64,000 bases of DNA from Pseudomonadales bacterium (GCA_012103535.1 WLWQ01000001.1:1182280-1246279); one strand, 5' to 3'; positions 1 through 9,396 are shown, counted from the stretch's first letter. The notes: generated by a model not told the origin, from the letters alone. Numbers and translations are program-made.

Positions 1-588
1 GCGATTACAGAAATTACAGCTCAATCATTAACTCAACTTCTTGATACCTATATTTTTGATCCGCTGGATATGAATAATTCCAGTTTTCTTTGGCGAGATG
101 AATTTGAACAAAATTCCACATGGGGACATGACAGCGATGGAGAAATAGGTCGCGAAATATTGCATTTGGATTCTGAATTTCCCGAAGGAGGATTTGTCAC
201 TAACATAAGCGACTATTCGATATTTGTACGCTTTCTACTGAATGAATATGAAGCAGCTAATCCTGTGATTAGGAGAATGCTAGAACCGGCTGTTGAGGCA
301 CGAGACTATAGCACTCAAGGTAGTATGTCATGGGGTCTGGGCTGGGGTATTGAAGAGGCTGAACTAGGAAACAGGTTCTGGCACACCGGCAGCAATGGCG
401 TCTTTAAAACCTTTGCCTTAGGCGACCCGGCAAACAAGAGCGCACTGATCTTTTTCGCCAATGCCGAAAATGGACTCGAAATTGTTCCCGAGTTACTGGA
501 ACAAACCATCGGCGCAACTGAACTCAGTGACGATTATCAGCGCACTATCAGCGAATCCAGGGTATTTCGCCCAGTAATTGATAACTAG
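1..588 (+). CDS. Serine hydrolase of the beta-lactamase/DD-peptidase-like family; C-terminal part, with the 5' end outside the window
   Basis: Frame 1 is open from nt 1 and in frame with the listed ORF at 70. Motifs: WGLGWG and an HTG-type box (FWHTGSNGVF), followed by the ALIFFANAENG tail typical of class-C-like serine hydrolases. Confidence 0.6.
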   Translation, partial: AITEITAQSLTQLLDTYIFDPLDMNNSSFLWRDEFEQNSTWGHDSDGEIGREILHLDSEFPEGGFVTNISDYSIFVRFLLNEYEAANPVIRRMLEPAVEARDYSTQGSMSWGLGWGIEEAELGNRFWHTGSNGVFKTFALGDPANKSALIFFANAENGLEIVPELLEQTIGATELSDDYQRTISESRVFRPVIDN

Positions 589-664
589 AAATTTATTCCT
601 AGCCATCGTTAACCTCCAAAGTTAATCTTGCGTCTAACACTCAAATGCTTAGGGGATTCCAACC

Positions 665-1429
665 ATGACTGACATGACTGCCGGTGGTGGCGCGTCTGTT
701 TCTGTAGATACTTTTTCAGCAGCACCGATGCCTACCGTAAGACGAGTACTTGAAGTTTTAGGCTGGCTTGCGGTGGCCACATTAGTATTCACGGGCCTGT
801 TCGCTATATTTGGTCGCGCCTCATTTATGAGTGAAGCCATGGCGAATCCGGATATGGAGATGAATATTTTCGATATTCGTTATTACACGAATGCACTCGC
901 TACGTTCCTCCATCTCGGTCCTGGTTTCCTGGTTTTTGTGCTAGGTCCTATTCAATTTACCCGCACTATTCGTAAGAAGCACATAGGCTTTCATCGCTGG
1001 AGTGGCAGAGTTTACATACTCTGTGGTGCAATCGGCGCCTTTTCCGGCATAGCCATCGGTGTGTTCGATCCGTTTCTTGGATTAGGCGGCCAGGGATTTA
1101 ATGAAGCAATGGCTACTGCATTCTTTGGAGCCTATGTTTTGTTTACTCTGGTGATGGCGTACAGGCGGATTCGTCAGAAGCAATTCGGCGCTCATCGAGA
1201 ATGGATGATCCGATCCTTCGCGGCTATGCTTGCAATCGCTACCGAGCGCTTGATGCTGACCGCATTTCAAGCAACAACAAATATCGAATTTGTTGAGCTA
1301 TTCGGCACAACCTTCTGGATGGCAGGGGTTACCAACATAGCTGTAGCAGAGATCTGGATTAACCTTACCCGCACTCCTGGCAACGGAGCGCGGCATTGGA
1401 AAGACTTAGACGCTAAGAACGCCACCTAG
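665..1429 (+). CDS. Multi-pass membrane protein, DUF2306-like
   Basis: 254 aa with about 6 hydrophobic helices. Motifs HLGPGFLVFVLGPIQF...HRWSGRVYI and HREWMIRSF resemble the DUF2306 family as I remember it. Confidence 0.55.
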   Translation: MTDMTAGGGASVSVDTFSAAPMPTVRRVLEVLGWLAVATLVFTGLFAIFGRASFMSEAMANPDMEMNIFDIRYYTNALATFLHLGPGFLVFVLGPIQFTRTIRKKHIGFHRWSGRVYILCGAIGAFSGIAIGVFDPFLGLGGQGFNEAMATAFFGAYVLFTLVMAYRRIRQKQFGAHREWMIRSFAAMLAIATERLMLTAFQATTNIEFVELFGTTFWMAGVTNIAVAEIWINLTRTPGNGARHWKDLDAKNAT

Positions 1430-1440
1430 GAAATCGTTAC

Positions 1441-1899
1441 ATGGACCAGACTACGGCAATTGAAGCAATCGCCGGCGTTATTCAATTAGCTGTTGCCCCT
1501 GTTTTCCTGCTGGCTGGCATTGCCGGCATGCTTAATGTACTGACTTCCAGACTCGGCAGAGTGGTTGATCGTTTTCGTAAGATCGAAACGAAAATGGTTG
1601 GCGAAGCTCATGACGAGCATGTCGCTGTACTACAGAAAGAAACACAAGGATTGTGGCAGCGTATTCAATTGATTAATTGGGCGATTCGAACTTTTGTATT
1701 AGGTGCTTTATTAATAAGCCTGGTAATTGTTGCCCTGTTCTGTGGTGAACTAGTAGCAATAGATCTAAGCACTATGATCGCTACGTTTTTCGTAATCGCC
1801 ATGTGCTTTATTATTGTGGGGCTAGTACTTTTTCTGTTTGAAGTTTCAACCGCTACCAAACACATTAACAGCGGCATATCCGGCATACTGCAGGAATAG
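1441..1899 (+). CDS. DUF2721-like membrane protein
   Basis: 152 aa. N-terminal AIAGVIQLAVAPVFLLAGIAGMLNVLTSRLGRVVDRFR is the pattern I associate with DUF2721, and there are two further C-terminal TM helices. Confidence 0.55.
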   Translation: MDQTTAIEAIAGVIQLAVAPVFLLAGIAGMLNVLTSRLGRVVDRFRKIETKMVGEAHDEHVAVLQKETQGLWQRIQLINWAIRTFVLGALLISLVIVALFCGELVAIDLSTMIATFFVIAMCFIIVGLVLFLFEVSTATKHINSGISGILQE

Positions 1900-1911
1900 C
1901 AGTAGTAAGGC

Positions 1912-4158
1912 CTAATTAAATATATCTAAGATGCGGGAATATTTGATTATAAGTTGTTGCGCATCGCGGCGCGGTGCACCGATGCCTGCCAGACTTCTTT
2001 CATCCACTTCGTTGTAAACTATATACAAACCTGCGTTGGCAGATTGTACCCAGGAGAAACGCAGGTTGGTCGACAATACGTCATCACGCTTGTTGTATTG
2101 AACCAGCGATTGAATTGATATTCGCGGCGTAAACGAATAGGTCAGACGCAAACGTGCCAGGTCTACCTCAAAATCACCTCCCGGTACGGGCAACTCGATA
2201 TCGCTATGTAACCAGGACAGTTCTGTACTGAATTTGTCACCGGAGCGATATCGAACTGTTGGCTCCAGATTTATCCGGTCACCACCGAAGAATCCGCCAA
2301 TATTGCTGCGAAGATCGAAGCTCAGTGGCGCCCCCTGGTTGGTCTGGAATACTATCTGTGCTTCTTCGTGCTTATACTCTCCGGCGGGTACCACTACTCC
2401 TTCGACGATTTCGAACGGCTCTCGCACCCCTTCCTGAGTAAAGTTCATGCCGGTATGAATTTCCATGCCGGTGTCGAATTCCCAATGATTATCGACGTGC
2501 AGATAGCCTGTTTCCTGGAAGCCATCGAAGCCCCAGTAACCACGATAATTAATATGTGGCCTTAATTCGTGCAGGCCCCAGAGATTATTGGGACGAATTG
2601 TGCGCCTGATGCCGGCGGTGTATTTGCGAAAGCCGCTGCGCTGCAGAAATCCCACTTCTGGATTAAAGTTCTCACCTACCTGGGAATAGCCGGCACTTAG
2701 ATTCCACTCCGGCGAAACATAGTTGGCATCAACTCCACCAGCACCATCGCGACCGGATAGACCAGGCGTGTCAGTTCTCGCTGCCCAGCCGGTAATCAAG
2801 GTCTCATTGCCAATTCCCCAGCGCCCATCAACAGCAAAAGTTCGATTATAGTCGTCGCCTTTGTTGTTAAAAGCCGAACCGTCACCATCTCGTTCTACGT
2901 ACATGAATCCTACAGAAGATCGATTGGGTAGATCCCGACTTACTCGCGCCACCGTAAAATCGTTTTCTGAAGCGATACCGGTAATTCCTTCTGTACGCAT
3001 TCCGATTAAACCGACGTTGGTGTTTTCGCCAACTTTTCCTGAAAGACGTAAGCCACCTTCGATTGGTAACTGCGCACCACCGGCGCCTACTCCAATGCGT
3101 CGACTGAAAAACAATTCCACTTCCCGAGGATTACCCACGGCGAATTGACCGGAATTTTCCAGAAAGAAAGGCCGCTTTTCTGGAAAGAACAAACTGAATC
3201 TATCCAGATTTACCTGTAAGTCATCTGCTTCGACCTGGGCGAAGTCTGTGTTGTAAGTGACATCAAGTGTCAATGAAGGGGTGACAGAGTATTTAACATC
3301 GAATCCATATTCTTCATTGTTTTCCGTCCCGGAAACAATTGCACCGCCACGAGAAGAAGAGCTCAATGCATAGGGCGTAAACTGCAGAAAACGTTGACTG
3401 GGCGCCTCTATGCCTTCGACATATCCGGCTTCAGAAACTCGATTCAAATTGTATTGACGATCCAGCGGTGCCCAGTAGGTGACTTCATTGTTGCGTCGAA
3501 TATTGCGTTGAAAATTTATACCCCAGGTTTGAACATCTTGATTACTGTAGCGTAATGCCGAAAAGGGAATTTCCATTTCTGCACTCCAACCGATGTCAGA
3601 AATTGCAGCACTGACTTCCCAGGTCGTATCCCAGTTAACATTGATACCACCATTGGAGCCACGAAATCCTGAGGATGCCCCTTCATTAACAACCTGCGCG
3701 TCGTATTCCAACCCAGCCGGAGTAGTTCCAAAAATAAACCCATTCTGCCGATCTAACAGACCGTCAATAATCACCTGAAAACTGTCTGTGTCGTCAAGGG
3801 ATGAATCTCTGCGAGCATCAGTAAAGATAATACCTTCGGGATTGGTGTCGTAGGCTACCATTCCTATATAGAGCGAATCCTCGGTATAGCCCAGGTAGAC
3901 TTCGGTTTTTTGCGTCGATGGCTGCCCTTCTTCTGGGCGAACCTGAGTAAATCCACCGGTTGGCGTTACCACTGCCCAGGCATCATCAGCCAACACTTCA
4001 CCGTCAATAGTCGGCGCAGTGCTTAACTGGTATGCAGTGGTGGTAGGCGAAACTTCCTGGGTAAAGATTTCCTGGGCACCAAGCGAAGTTGGATAGGCCG
4101 TTACCAGAAGTAGGAATAACTTTACTAATTGTCGAGGAGAAATGGGCTGCTTAATCAT
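1912..4158 (-). CDS. Exported DUF5916 / carbohydrate-binding-family-9-like protein, possibly a beta-barrel
   Basis: Long ORF. I place the start at the internal ATG at 4158 (MIKQPISPRQLVKLFLLLVTAYPTSLGAQE is a signal peptide) rather than the upstream alternative start at 4236. FFPEKRPFFLENSGQF and the alternating beta-strand character match the DUF5916 family. Confidence 0.6.
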   Translation of the reverse strand: MIKQPISPRQLVKLFLLLVTAYPTSLGAQEIFTQEVSPTTTAYQLSTAPTIDGEVLADDAWAVVTPTGGFTQVRPEEGQPSTQKTEVYLGYTEDSLYIGMVAYDTNPEGIIFTDARRDSSLDDTDSFQVIIDGLLDRQNGFIFGTTPAGLEYDAQVVNEGASSGFRGSNGGINVNWDTTWEVSAAISDIGWSAEMEIPFSALRYSNQDVQTWGINFQRNIRRNNEVTYWAPLDRQYNLNRVSEAGYVEGIEAPSQRFLQFTPYALSSSSRGGAIVSGTENNEEYGFDVKYSVTPSLTLDVTYNTDFAQVEADDLQVNLDRFSLFFPEKRPFFLENSGQFAVGNPREVELFFSRRIGVGAGGAQLPIEGGLRLSGKVGENTNVGLIGMRTEGITGIASENDFTVARVSRDLPNRSSVGFMYVERDGDGSAFNNKGDDYNRTFAVDGRWGIGNETLITGWAARTDTPGLSGRDGAGGVDANYVSPEWNLSAGYSQVGENFNPEVGFLQRSGFRKYTAGIRRTIRPNNLWGLHELRPHINYRGYWGFDGFQETGYLHVDNHWEFDTGMEIHTGMNFTQEGVREPFEIVEGVVVPAGEYKHEEAQIVFQTNQGAPLSFDLRSNIGGFFGGDRINLEPTVRYRSGDKFSTELSWLHSDIELPVPGGDFEVDLARLRLTYSFTPRISIQSLVQYNKRDDVLSTNLRFSWVQSANAGLYIVYNEVDERSLAGIGAPRRDAQQLIIKYSRILDIFN

Positions 4159-4341
4159 CTCAATTCCGAAGGTAGTTGGGTTCAATCCGTGGTCAACAAA
4201 GTCGCGTACAGTATTAGAAACATAGATCAATATCAACCACTTAGCGGCGAGCTGAAGGGTCGAGATGTAATTGTTTGTTACTACGAAAAGTGAGACAGGA
4301 TATTGCGACCAAAAATTTCCTTTCCAGTCGCAATAACAGGC

Positions 4342-4785
4342 TTATTTGACTGCAATTCCCTGCATTTCGAAACGGGCATCAAAGAGCAGCGCACCCGATC
4401 CAATGAAAGCGCGAGCTGGATAATTTCCTGTGAAATAAGTGCGATAGACGCTGTTGAATGCAGCGTAGTGTGAAACGTCTGAACAATAGATTGTCACGCT
4501 AACCAGGTCATCCATGGTCATATCAGCTTCTGCCAGGGTAGCCTTGAACTGTTCCATTATTAGCCGAGCTTCTTCTTCTGGAGTTGCCGGAACTTCGCCG
4601 TTAACCAAACCCAACATGCCCGACAGATACAAGGTGTCTTCCACCATGACTGCACCGCTAAATGGCAGGCCATCGCCAGATGCATGACTCGGATTGATAA
4701 AGCTTTTATCCTGCGCAGCTGCCAGTGCTGGCAGAAACAACAAAAAAACGATTAATAATTGTCTACTTCGATTTAGAGCGATCAC
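4342..4785 (-). CDS. RidA/YjgF-family protein with an N-terminal signal peptide
   Basis: 147 aa. The signal is LLFLPALAAAQD. The core (LYLSGMLG...DDLVSVTIYCSD...YPARAFIG...EMQGIAV) is typical of RidA/endoribonuclease L-PSP. Confidence 0.7.
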   Translation of the reverse strand: MIALNRSRQLLIVFLLFLPALAAAQDKSFINPSHASGDGLPFSGAVMVEDTLYLSGMLGLVNGEVPATPEEEARLIMEQFKATLAEADMTMDDLVSVTIYCSDVSHYAAFNSVYRTYFTGNYPARAFIGSGALLFDARFEMQGIAVK

Positions 4786-4909
4786 CCTATACCCTCCTTA
4801 ATTGGTTTCCAGGGTGATTCTCACTCAAAACGAGAATGAATGAAACTTTGCTAATGAATTCCATGCCACTTCCCACAAGATGTGAGAAATGGCGTACAGC
4901 AACAGGGAA

Positions 4910-5425
4910 TTAGCGATTGTTCTGATAGAAGACAGAATTGATGAAATTGTAATCCGTAGCGGCGGCAAACAAATGACAGTCTCTACAAAACGCAGCTAGA
5001 TCAGAAGCTCCATTACCTCTAGCGCCATCGGGACGGACGTACTCCCAGCCGCCAGTCTCCAATGATTGTCCCTGGGGTAATTTAATCATCACGGTGAGAT
5101 CGGGATTTCTTCTCGAATCTAATGCAGCGCGATTATTAAAACTTTCTTTGACTAAAATTGAACCTGGAGGATAGGGAAATCCCCGCGTTCCTCTATTCAC
5201 TGGCTCACCGACAGAATTTACGTAAATCTGGCGAAAAGCCCGAGTGCCATCGTGCACACTCCCTAAAAATCCAGTTGGATCACCAGTCTCGGCTTCCGGT
5301 GTTACTTTGTACCAGGACAAGTAATCGGCCCAGGCACTTTCTGGTGGCCCGAGTGGATCGGAAGTGGACATACAGGCAGTTAGCAATAGAAAAAAACCGG
5401 CCGTCGTCATGATTTTTAAATTCAT
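4910..5425 (-). CDS. Cytochrome P460-family haem lipoprotein
   Basis: 171 aa. It has a lipobox (LLLTAC) and a single C-terminal CxxCH haem motif (CRDCH). The size and the PPGSILVKE...GGWEY pattern match the P460 family. Confidence 0.6.
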   Translation of the reverse strand: MNLKIMTTAGFFLLLTACMSTSDPLGPPESAWADYLSWYKVTPEAETGDPTGFLGSVHDGTRAFRQIYVNSVGEPVNRGTRGFPYPPGSILVKESFNNRAALDSRRNPDLTVMIKLPQGQSLETGGWEYVRPDGARGNGASDLAAFCRDCHLFAAATDYNFINSVFYQNNR

Positions 5426-5786
5426 GATTATTCCTCATTACAAAACTCACTTTAATTCGTTTGCTAACGGGATTCTGGCGCAGTTATCCAGAAGCAGCAG
5501 CTATTCGTTCCTTGCTGCGAGTCAGCAGAGTTTGGCGAGAGAATCCCTGTATCGGGATGTGATTTATACCTTCGCACCAGCACACTTGGCGTATCTTCGG
5601 ACGTAGCAGAACAGAAAAGCAGATCCACTACCCCACATCGGTTCCAAAGATTCAGCAGAAGAATTTGTACTAATCTCGAAGGTACAAATAATTCGCATAG
5701 AACATCTTTTATCAATTTCGATAGCAAACAAAGATCGTGATTAGAGCTTTTCTATTTCATTTCTACTTAAAATAACTTGCATCGAA

Positions 5787-5806
5787 TACTGTATTTATAT
5801 ACAGTA
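5787..5806. promoter_or_regulatory. LexA (SOS) box, gammaproteobacterial type
   Basis: TACTGTATTTATATACAGTA is CTGT-N8-ACAG with one deviation from the perfect palindromic consensus TACTGTATATATATACAGTA. It overlaps a plausible promoter (TTGCAT-N17-TACAGT) facing tag. Confidence 0.8.
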
Positions 5807-5904
5807 TTTTTGATTGACACTCTGCTATGGGGTAACGACATTGTCGTACAGCACTGATAGCATTAACGGCCTTGTATAGTCGGGCCAGAAGGGAAAGAGT
5901 TTTA

Positions 5905-6486
5905 ATGACGGAACGTTGCTGGTGGCCTGGAAAGGACCCGGACTACATTGCCTATCACGATGATGAATGGGGAGTTCCCGTTCATGATGATCAATTATTG
6001 TTTGAGTTTATCTGTCTCGAAGGTCAGCAGGCAGGTTTAAGTTGGATCACCGTACTCAAAAAGCGCGATCACTATAGAAAATGTTTTAAAAATTTCGATG
6101 TGAACAAAGTCGCGCGTCTCACAGATGGCACAATTGAAAAGCTACTGCTGGATCCGGGCCTAATTCGTAATCGACTTAAACTTTATTCTATTCGCACTAA
6201 CGCGAAAGCCTTTCAGGCCGTTCAAAAAGAGTTTGGAAGTTTTGAATCCTACATCTGGTCTTTCGTCGATGGCAAACCTAAAGACGGCAAGCGCAAAACT
6301 GCCAAAGAAGTTCCTGCTACCACAGCAGAAAGCGACGCCATGTCGAAAGATTTGAAGAAGCGCGGATTTAAATTTATAGGGAGTACAATCTGTTACGCCT
6401 TTATGCAGGCTGCCGGACTTGTCAATGACCACACACATAGTTGTTTCCGCTATCGAGAACTTATAAATTTTGAAGCAAGCGATTGA
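5905..6486 (+). CDS. tag: DNA-3-methyladenine glycosylase I
   Basis: RCWWPG...YHDDEWGVPVHDDQLLFEFICLEGQQAGLSWITVLKKR...ICYAFMQAAGLVNDH is unmistakably Tag. I prefer the ATG at 5905 (MTERCWW) over the upstream TTG at 5872. Confidence 0.9.
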   Translation: MTERCWWPGKDPDYIAYHDDEWGVPVHDDQLLFEFICLEGQQAGLSWITVLKKRDHYRKCFKNFDVNKVARLTDGTIEKLLLDPGLIRNRLKLYSIRTNAKAFQAVQKEFGSFESYIWSFVDGKPKDGKRKTAKEVPATTAESDAMSKDLKKRGFKFIGSTICYAFMQAAGLVNDHTHSCFRYRELINFEASD

Positions 6487-6698
6487 GCATATACAAAAAT
6501 GCTAATTACTTGAGAGCGGAAACAAATAATTACATTCGCCTTAGCCAACTAACATTTACCGAAACAAACGAGCAATACTCGGACATACGATAGGATAGTG
6601 GCGAATGTAAGTTATTGCTTTCGTCATACGTAGCTGGATTAAGTAAGAGACTAAAATATTATTATATTAATGATCATAAATACCTGGAGGGGAACCAC

Positions 6699-7082
6699 AT
6701 GATTGGATACGTAACACTTGGAACAAATGACATGGAAAAATCTGCGGCATTTTACGATGCCCTGTTGGCAGAAATCGGTGCTAGCCGTTTCATGGAAATG
6801 GAAACCTTTATCGCCTGGGCCACTAATCCCAAGCTTCCTGCTCTATCAATTACTAAGCCATTCGATGGTGGCGAGGCATCTGTCGGCAACGGCGTCATGA
6901 TCGCCCTAACAGTAGATTCCAACGATAAAGTTGACTCGTTCTATGCCAAAGCAATGGAGCTTGGCGCTACCGACGAAGGTGCTCCAGGTCCGCGCGGTGA
7001 TACTGGCTTCTATGCGGGATACTTTAGAGATCTCGATGGCAATAAATTGAATGTCTTCTGTATGACTCAGCCTGAAGGCTAA
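6699..7082 (+). CDS. VOC (glyoxalase/bleomycin-resistance/dioxygenase) family protein
   Basis: MIGYVTLGTNDMEKSAAFYDALL...GYFRDLDGNKLNVF. The ATG at 6699 is preceded by GGAGG. The longer N-terminal extension listed in the ORF track lacks an RBS. Confidence 0.75.
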   Translation: MIGYVTLGTNDMEKSAAFYDALLAEIGASRFMEMETFIAWATNPKLPALSITKPFDGGEASVGNGVMIALTVDSNDKVDSFYAKAMELGATDEGAPGPRGDTGFYAGYFRDLDGNKLNVFCMTQPEG

Positions 7083-7104
7083 CTATTAGCCTAGTAATAG
7101 AAAA

Positions 7105-7136
7105 GCCCGGCCACTCTGGAGTGGTCGGGCTTTTTT
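7105..7136. terminator. Bidirectional rho-independent terminator
   Basis: GCCCGGCCAC-loop-GTGGTCGGGC is followed by TTTTTT and preceded by AAAA. It sits between convergent genes. Confidence 0.8.
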
Positions 7137-7148
7137 GTTCACCTGTTT

Positions 7149-7322
7149 TTAGTCATCGTTGAATTGAAGCAGGCAGACCACAAGTATGACTCCGATAATA
7201 ATCGGCAATGCGGCAATTACTACTTTAAGGCCCATATCGACACTTGCTTCTTGTGCATAGACCAATGAAGGGATCAAAGCCAAAGGAAAAAGTGGAACAG
7301 CTTTGTATAACCATTTTTTCAT
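7149..7322 (-). CDS. Small (57-aa) exported/membrane-anchored protein, not in the ORF track
   Basis: Hand translation: MKKWLYKAVPLFPLALIPSLVYAQEASVDMGLKVVIAALPIIIGVILVVCLLQFNDD. The RBS is AAGGAG 7 nt upstream. It has a signal-peptide-like N-terminus plus one TM helix, lies 47 nt downstream of yccF, and ends at the terminator. Confidence 0.45.
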   Translation of the reverse strand: MKKWLYKAVPLFPLALIPSLVYAQEASVDMGLKVVIAALPIIIGVILVVCLLQFNDD

Positions 7323-7369
7323 CGAATTCTCCTTTAATGCATGCTGGAGAGGTTGGGGAAACTCGAAAC

Positions 7370-7831
7370 TTAGTACGCTTCTCGCAAATTAACGACCGCC
7401 ACTCGGGCGTTAGCCCGCCGTGCAGCATGAGCGAGATCTTTGGATACCACTGTTTTCCCAATAGGTGCTACTGAGATTCCAGCCAGTTTCAAGTGTTGAA
7501 TACCAAACGGTATTCCGATTATTGTGAGTAGCCAAAAAATTGCACAACACAAATGCCCTAGAGCCAACCACCATCCAGCGACAATAAACCAGATGACATT
7601 GCCGACCACACCTAAACCACTGGTGCCGATATCGTGCTCCAAGGTGAGTTCATAACGACTAATCGCCTCATTTCCGAATGGAAAAAATGACATGTAGCCG
7701 ATGACAAAGCATGCCTTGCCCCAGGGAATACCAACTATGCTGAGAAAGGCGAGCATGCCTACTAACCACCATCCGAGACCCATGAAGATGCCGCCAAAAA
7801 TAAACCAGACTAAATTGCCTATTGCGCTCAT
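7370..7831 (-). CDS. yccF: YccF-family inner membrane protein
   Basis: The duplicated motif GNLVWFIFGG...GIPWG / GNVIWFIVAGWWLALGH...GIPFG is characteristic of YccF. Confidence 0.8.
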   Translation of the reverse strand: MSAIGNLVWFIFGGIFMGLGWWLVGMLAFLSIVGIPWGKACFVIGYMSFFPFGNEAISRYELTLEHDIGTSGLGVVGNVIWFIVAGWWLALGHLCCAIFWLLTIIGIPFGIQHLKLAGISVAPIGKTVVSKDLAHAARRANARVAVVNLREAY

Positions 7832-7883
7832 ATTGACTTGCCTCTTGTTGGTGGCTTAAGTAACCACATAACAAAGGTTATGT

Positions 7884-8141
7884 TTACAAATTTGAGATTT
7901 TTCGATCCAGATCATAGTTCCGATCTGTAACGATACTTTCTAAGACTACAATCCTTTGTTTAAGTTCAGTGATTTCCTTTTCCAGATCATCCGTTGAATT
8001 GGCATCCATTTCCTTTTTTATGTCGCCAAATCGCCGATTAGTGCTCTTTTTGTATTTGAAATACTCAGTAATAAAAACAATCAAGCTGACAGGCAACATT
8101 ACCGCCATCATTAATGAGAATACTTGCAAAGCAGCAGCCAT
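7884..8141 (-). CDS. Small bitopic membrane protein, PspB-like
   Basis: 85 aa. One N-terminal TM helix is followed by a coiled-coil tail (ELKQRIVVLESIVTD) resembling the PspB RIxxLExIL motif. No pspA or pspC is nearby. Confidence 0.4.
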   Translation of the reverse strand: MAAALQVFSLMMAVMLPVSLIVFITEYFKYKKSTNRRFGDIKKEMDANSTDDLEKEITELKQRIVVLESIVTDRNYDLDRKISNL

Positions 8142-8374
8142 TATCTCGTCCTCTTATTTTGCGCAGGTCCAGTGTATTCTGAACTCAATCCTACTTTCTA
8201 CTACTAACTATTAATAAGTAGCAAAAAACGGTCCATGTTTTTTATTTAATAAAATCAATAAGATACACATTGAGCAAAGAAGAAATGTAGTGAAAATCAC
8301 TTACATTTAGTACATCTTACACTCTACAGTCGCGCCCCTGCCATGCAATTTTTATAGCTGCTAAAACAGAAAAA

Positions 8375-8398
8375 CCCGACTGCTGCAAAGCGGTCGGG
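8375..8398. terminator. Rho-independent terminator downstream of the FAH-family gene
   Basis: CCCGACTGC-loop-GCGGTCGGG is flanked by an A-run on one side and a T-run on the other, so it could act in either direction. Confidence 0.7.
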
Positions 8399-8459
8399 TT
8401 TTTCATTTTACTAACTAATCGAGTAATAGCTTAACGAAACAGCCTGTAATCCTCTCGAG

Positions 8460-9290
8460 TTATTTTCCCTGTACGACTTCGTTGCGAAGTACGCCGACGT
8501 TTTCAATTTCGACTTCGTAGACATCACCAGGAACCATTGCACGGGTACTTCCCATGGTGCCGGACCAGATCATATCGCCAGGCTGTAGAGTGAAGTACTG
8601 AGAAATATAACTCACCATCTGCTCCATATTGAAAATTAGATCGTTGCTGTTCTGAGTCTGCACAACTTCGCCATTGTGGCGGCCAGTGATCTGCAGATTC
8701 TTGTGATCAGCACCGCGAACGAGATAAGGACCGACAGCATTAAAGCCTCTAGAGCCCTTCGCTCTCACCCACTGAATGTCTCCGCCCTGCCAGGCACGTT
8801 CGCTGACATCATTTCCTGCTGTTACGCCGAAGATGTATTCATGGGCATCTTCAACTGAAACGTTTTCCGCGCGCTTGCCAATTACCACTGCCATTTCTGC
8901 TTCGTAGTGAAGGTTTTGTGATTCGGCTGGACGCACAATCGAATCTTCAGGCCCGATAATTGAACTTGGGGGAACGATAAACAAACCAGGGTATTCAGCT
9001 GGCTCGCCGGTGATGTGGCTACGGAAATTAAACGCCGTCATAAATACCAGGGTTGGCTCTACTGGTGCTTCCAATCTCACCGAATCCTGAGGGTGGGTTA
9101 GGCCAGTATGTTCCATTGTTTCATAGGGCGCGCCGGCTAACTGCCAAACAGTATCGTCATGAATCATGCCCCAATAAACTTCACCATCGTTCATGGAGTA
9201 GCGAACGAATTTTTCTAATTCCTGAGCACTGGCTAGACTCGCACCTAGCGCAATTACTACTGCTGTTGCTAATGTAATTATTCGCTTCAT
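8460..9290 (-). CDS. Fumarylacetoacetate hydrolase (FAH) family protein with a signal peptide
   Basis: The signal is LATAVVIALGASLASAQE. The FAH core reads HYEAEMAVVIGK...GVTAGNDVSERAWQ...LIFNMEQMVSYISQYFTLQPGDMIWSGT. Confidence 0.75.
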   Translation of the reverse strand: MKRIITLATAVVIALGASLASAQELEKFVRYSMNDGEVYWGMIHDDTVWQLAGAPYETMEHTGLTHPQDSVRLEAPVEPTLVFMTAFNFRSHITGEPAEYPGLFIVPPSSIIGPEDSIVRPAESQNLHYEAEMAVVIGKRAENVSVEDAHEYIFGVTAGNDVSERAWQGGDIQWVRAKGSRGFNAVGPYLVRGADHKNLQITGRHNGEVVQTQNSNDLIFNMEQMVSYISQYFTLQPGDMIWSGTMGSTRAMVPGDVYEVEIENVGVLRNEVVQGK

Positions 9291-9396
9291 TCTTTCTCTC
9301 CTACTGAAGTCTTCTTTAAAAAATAATAACTTAGAGAACCGATGCTACGCTGCAAACCATGGTGGGTCAACAAGGTCTAGCGCTCGCAGACTGCTG

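Noticed and set aside
2234-3778. Multiple 60-95-aa ORFs antisense to or overlapping the DUF5916 gene; similar antisense ORFs occur inside nearly every long gene in the window
   Set aside because: They lie inside well-supported longer genes, lack RBS motifs, and have compositions typical of antisense translation (Arg/Ser/Pro-rich). I treat them as spurious.
5364-5727. ORFs of 80 aa (plus strand) and 87 aa (minus strand) in the spacer upstream of tag, considered as a possible SOS-induced small toxin
   Set aside because: Neither has an RBS or recognisable motifs. The minus-strand ORF starts with TTG, the two ORFs overlap each other, and short hydrophobic TisB-like ORFs were not found next to the LexA box.
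8283-8309. Imperfect palindrome AAATGTAGTGA-aaa-TCACTTACATTT upstream of the PspB-like gene
   Set aside because: It is a single imperfect AT-rich palindrome in an AT-rich spacer, with no associated regulator gene nearby. That is too weak to call an operator.
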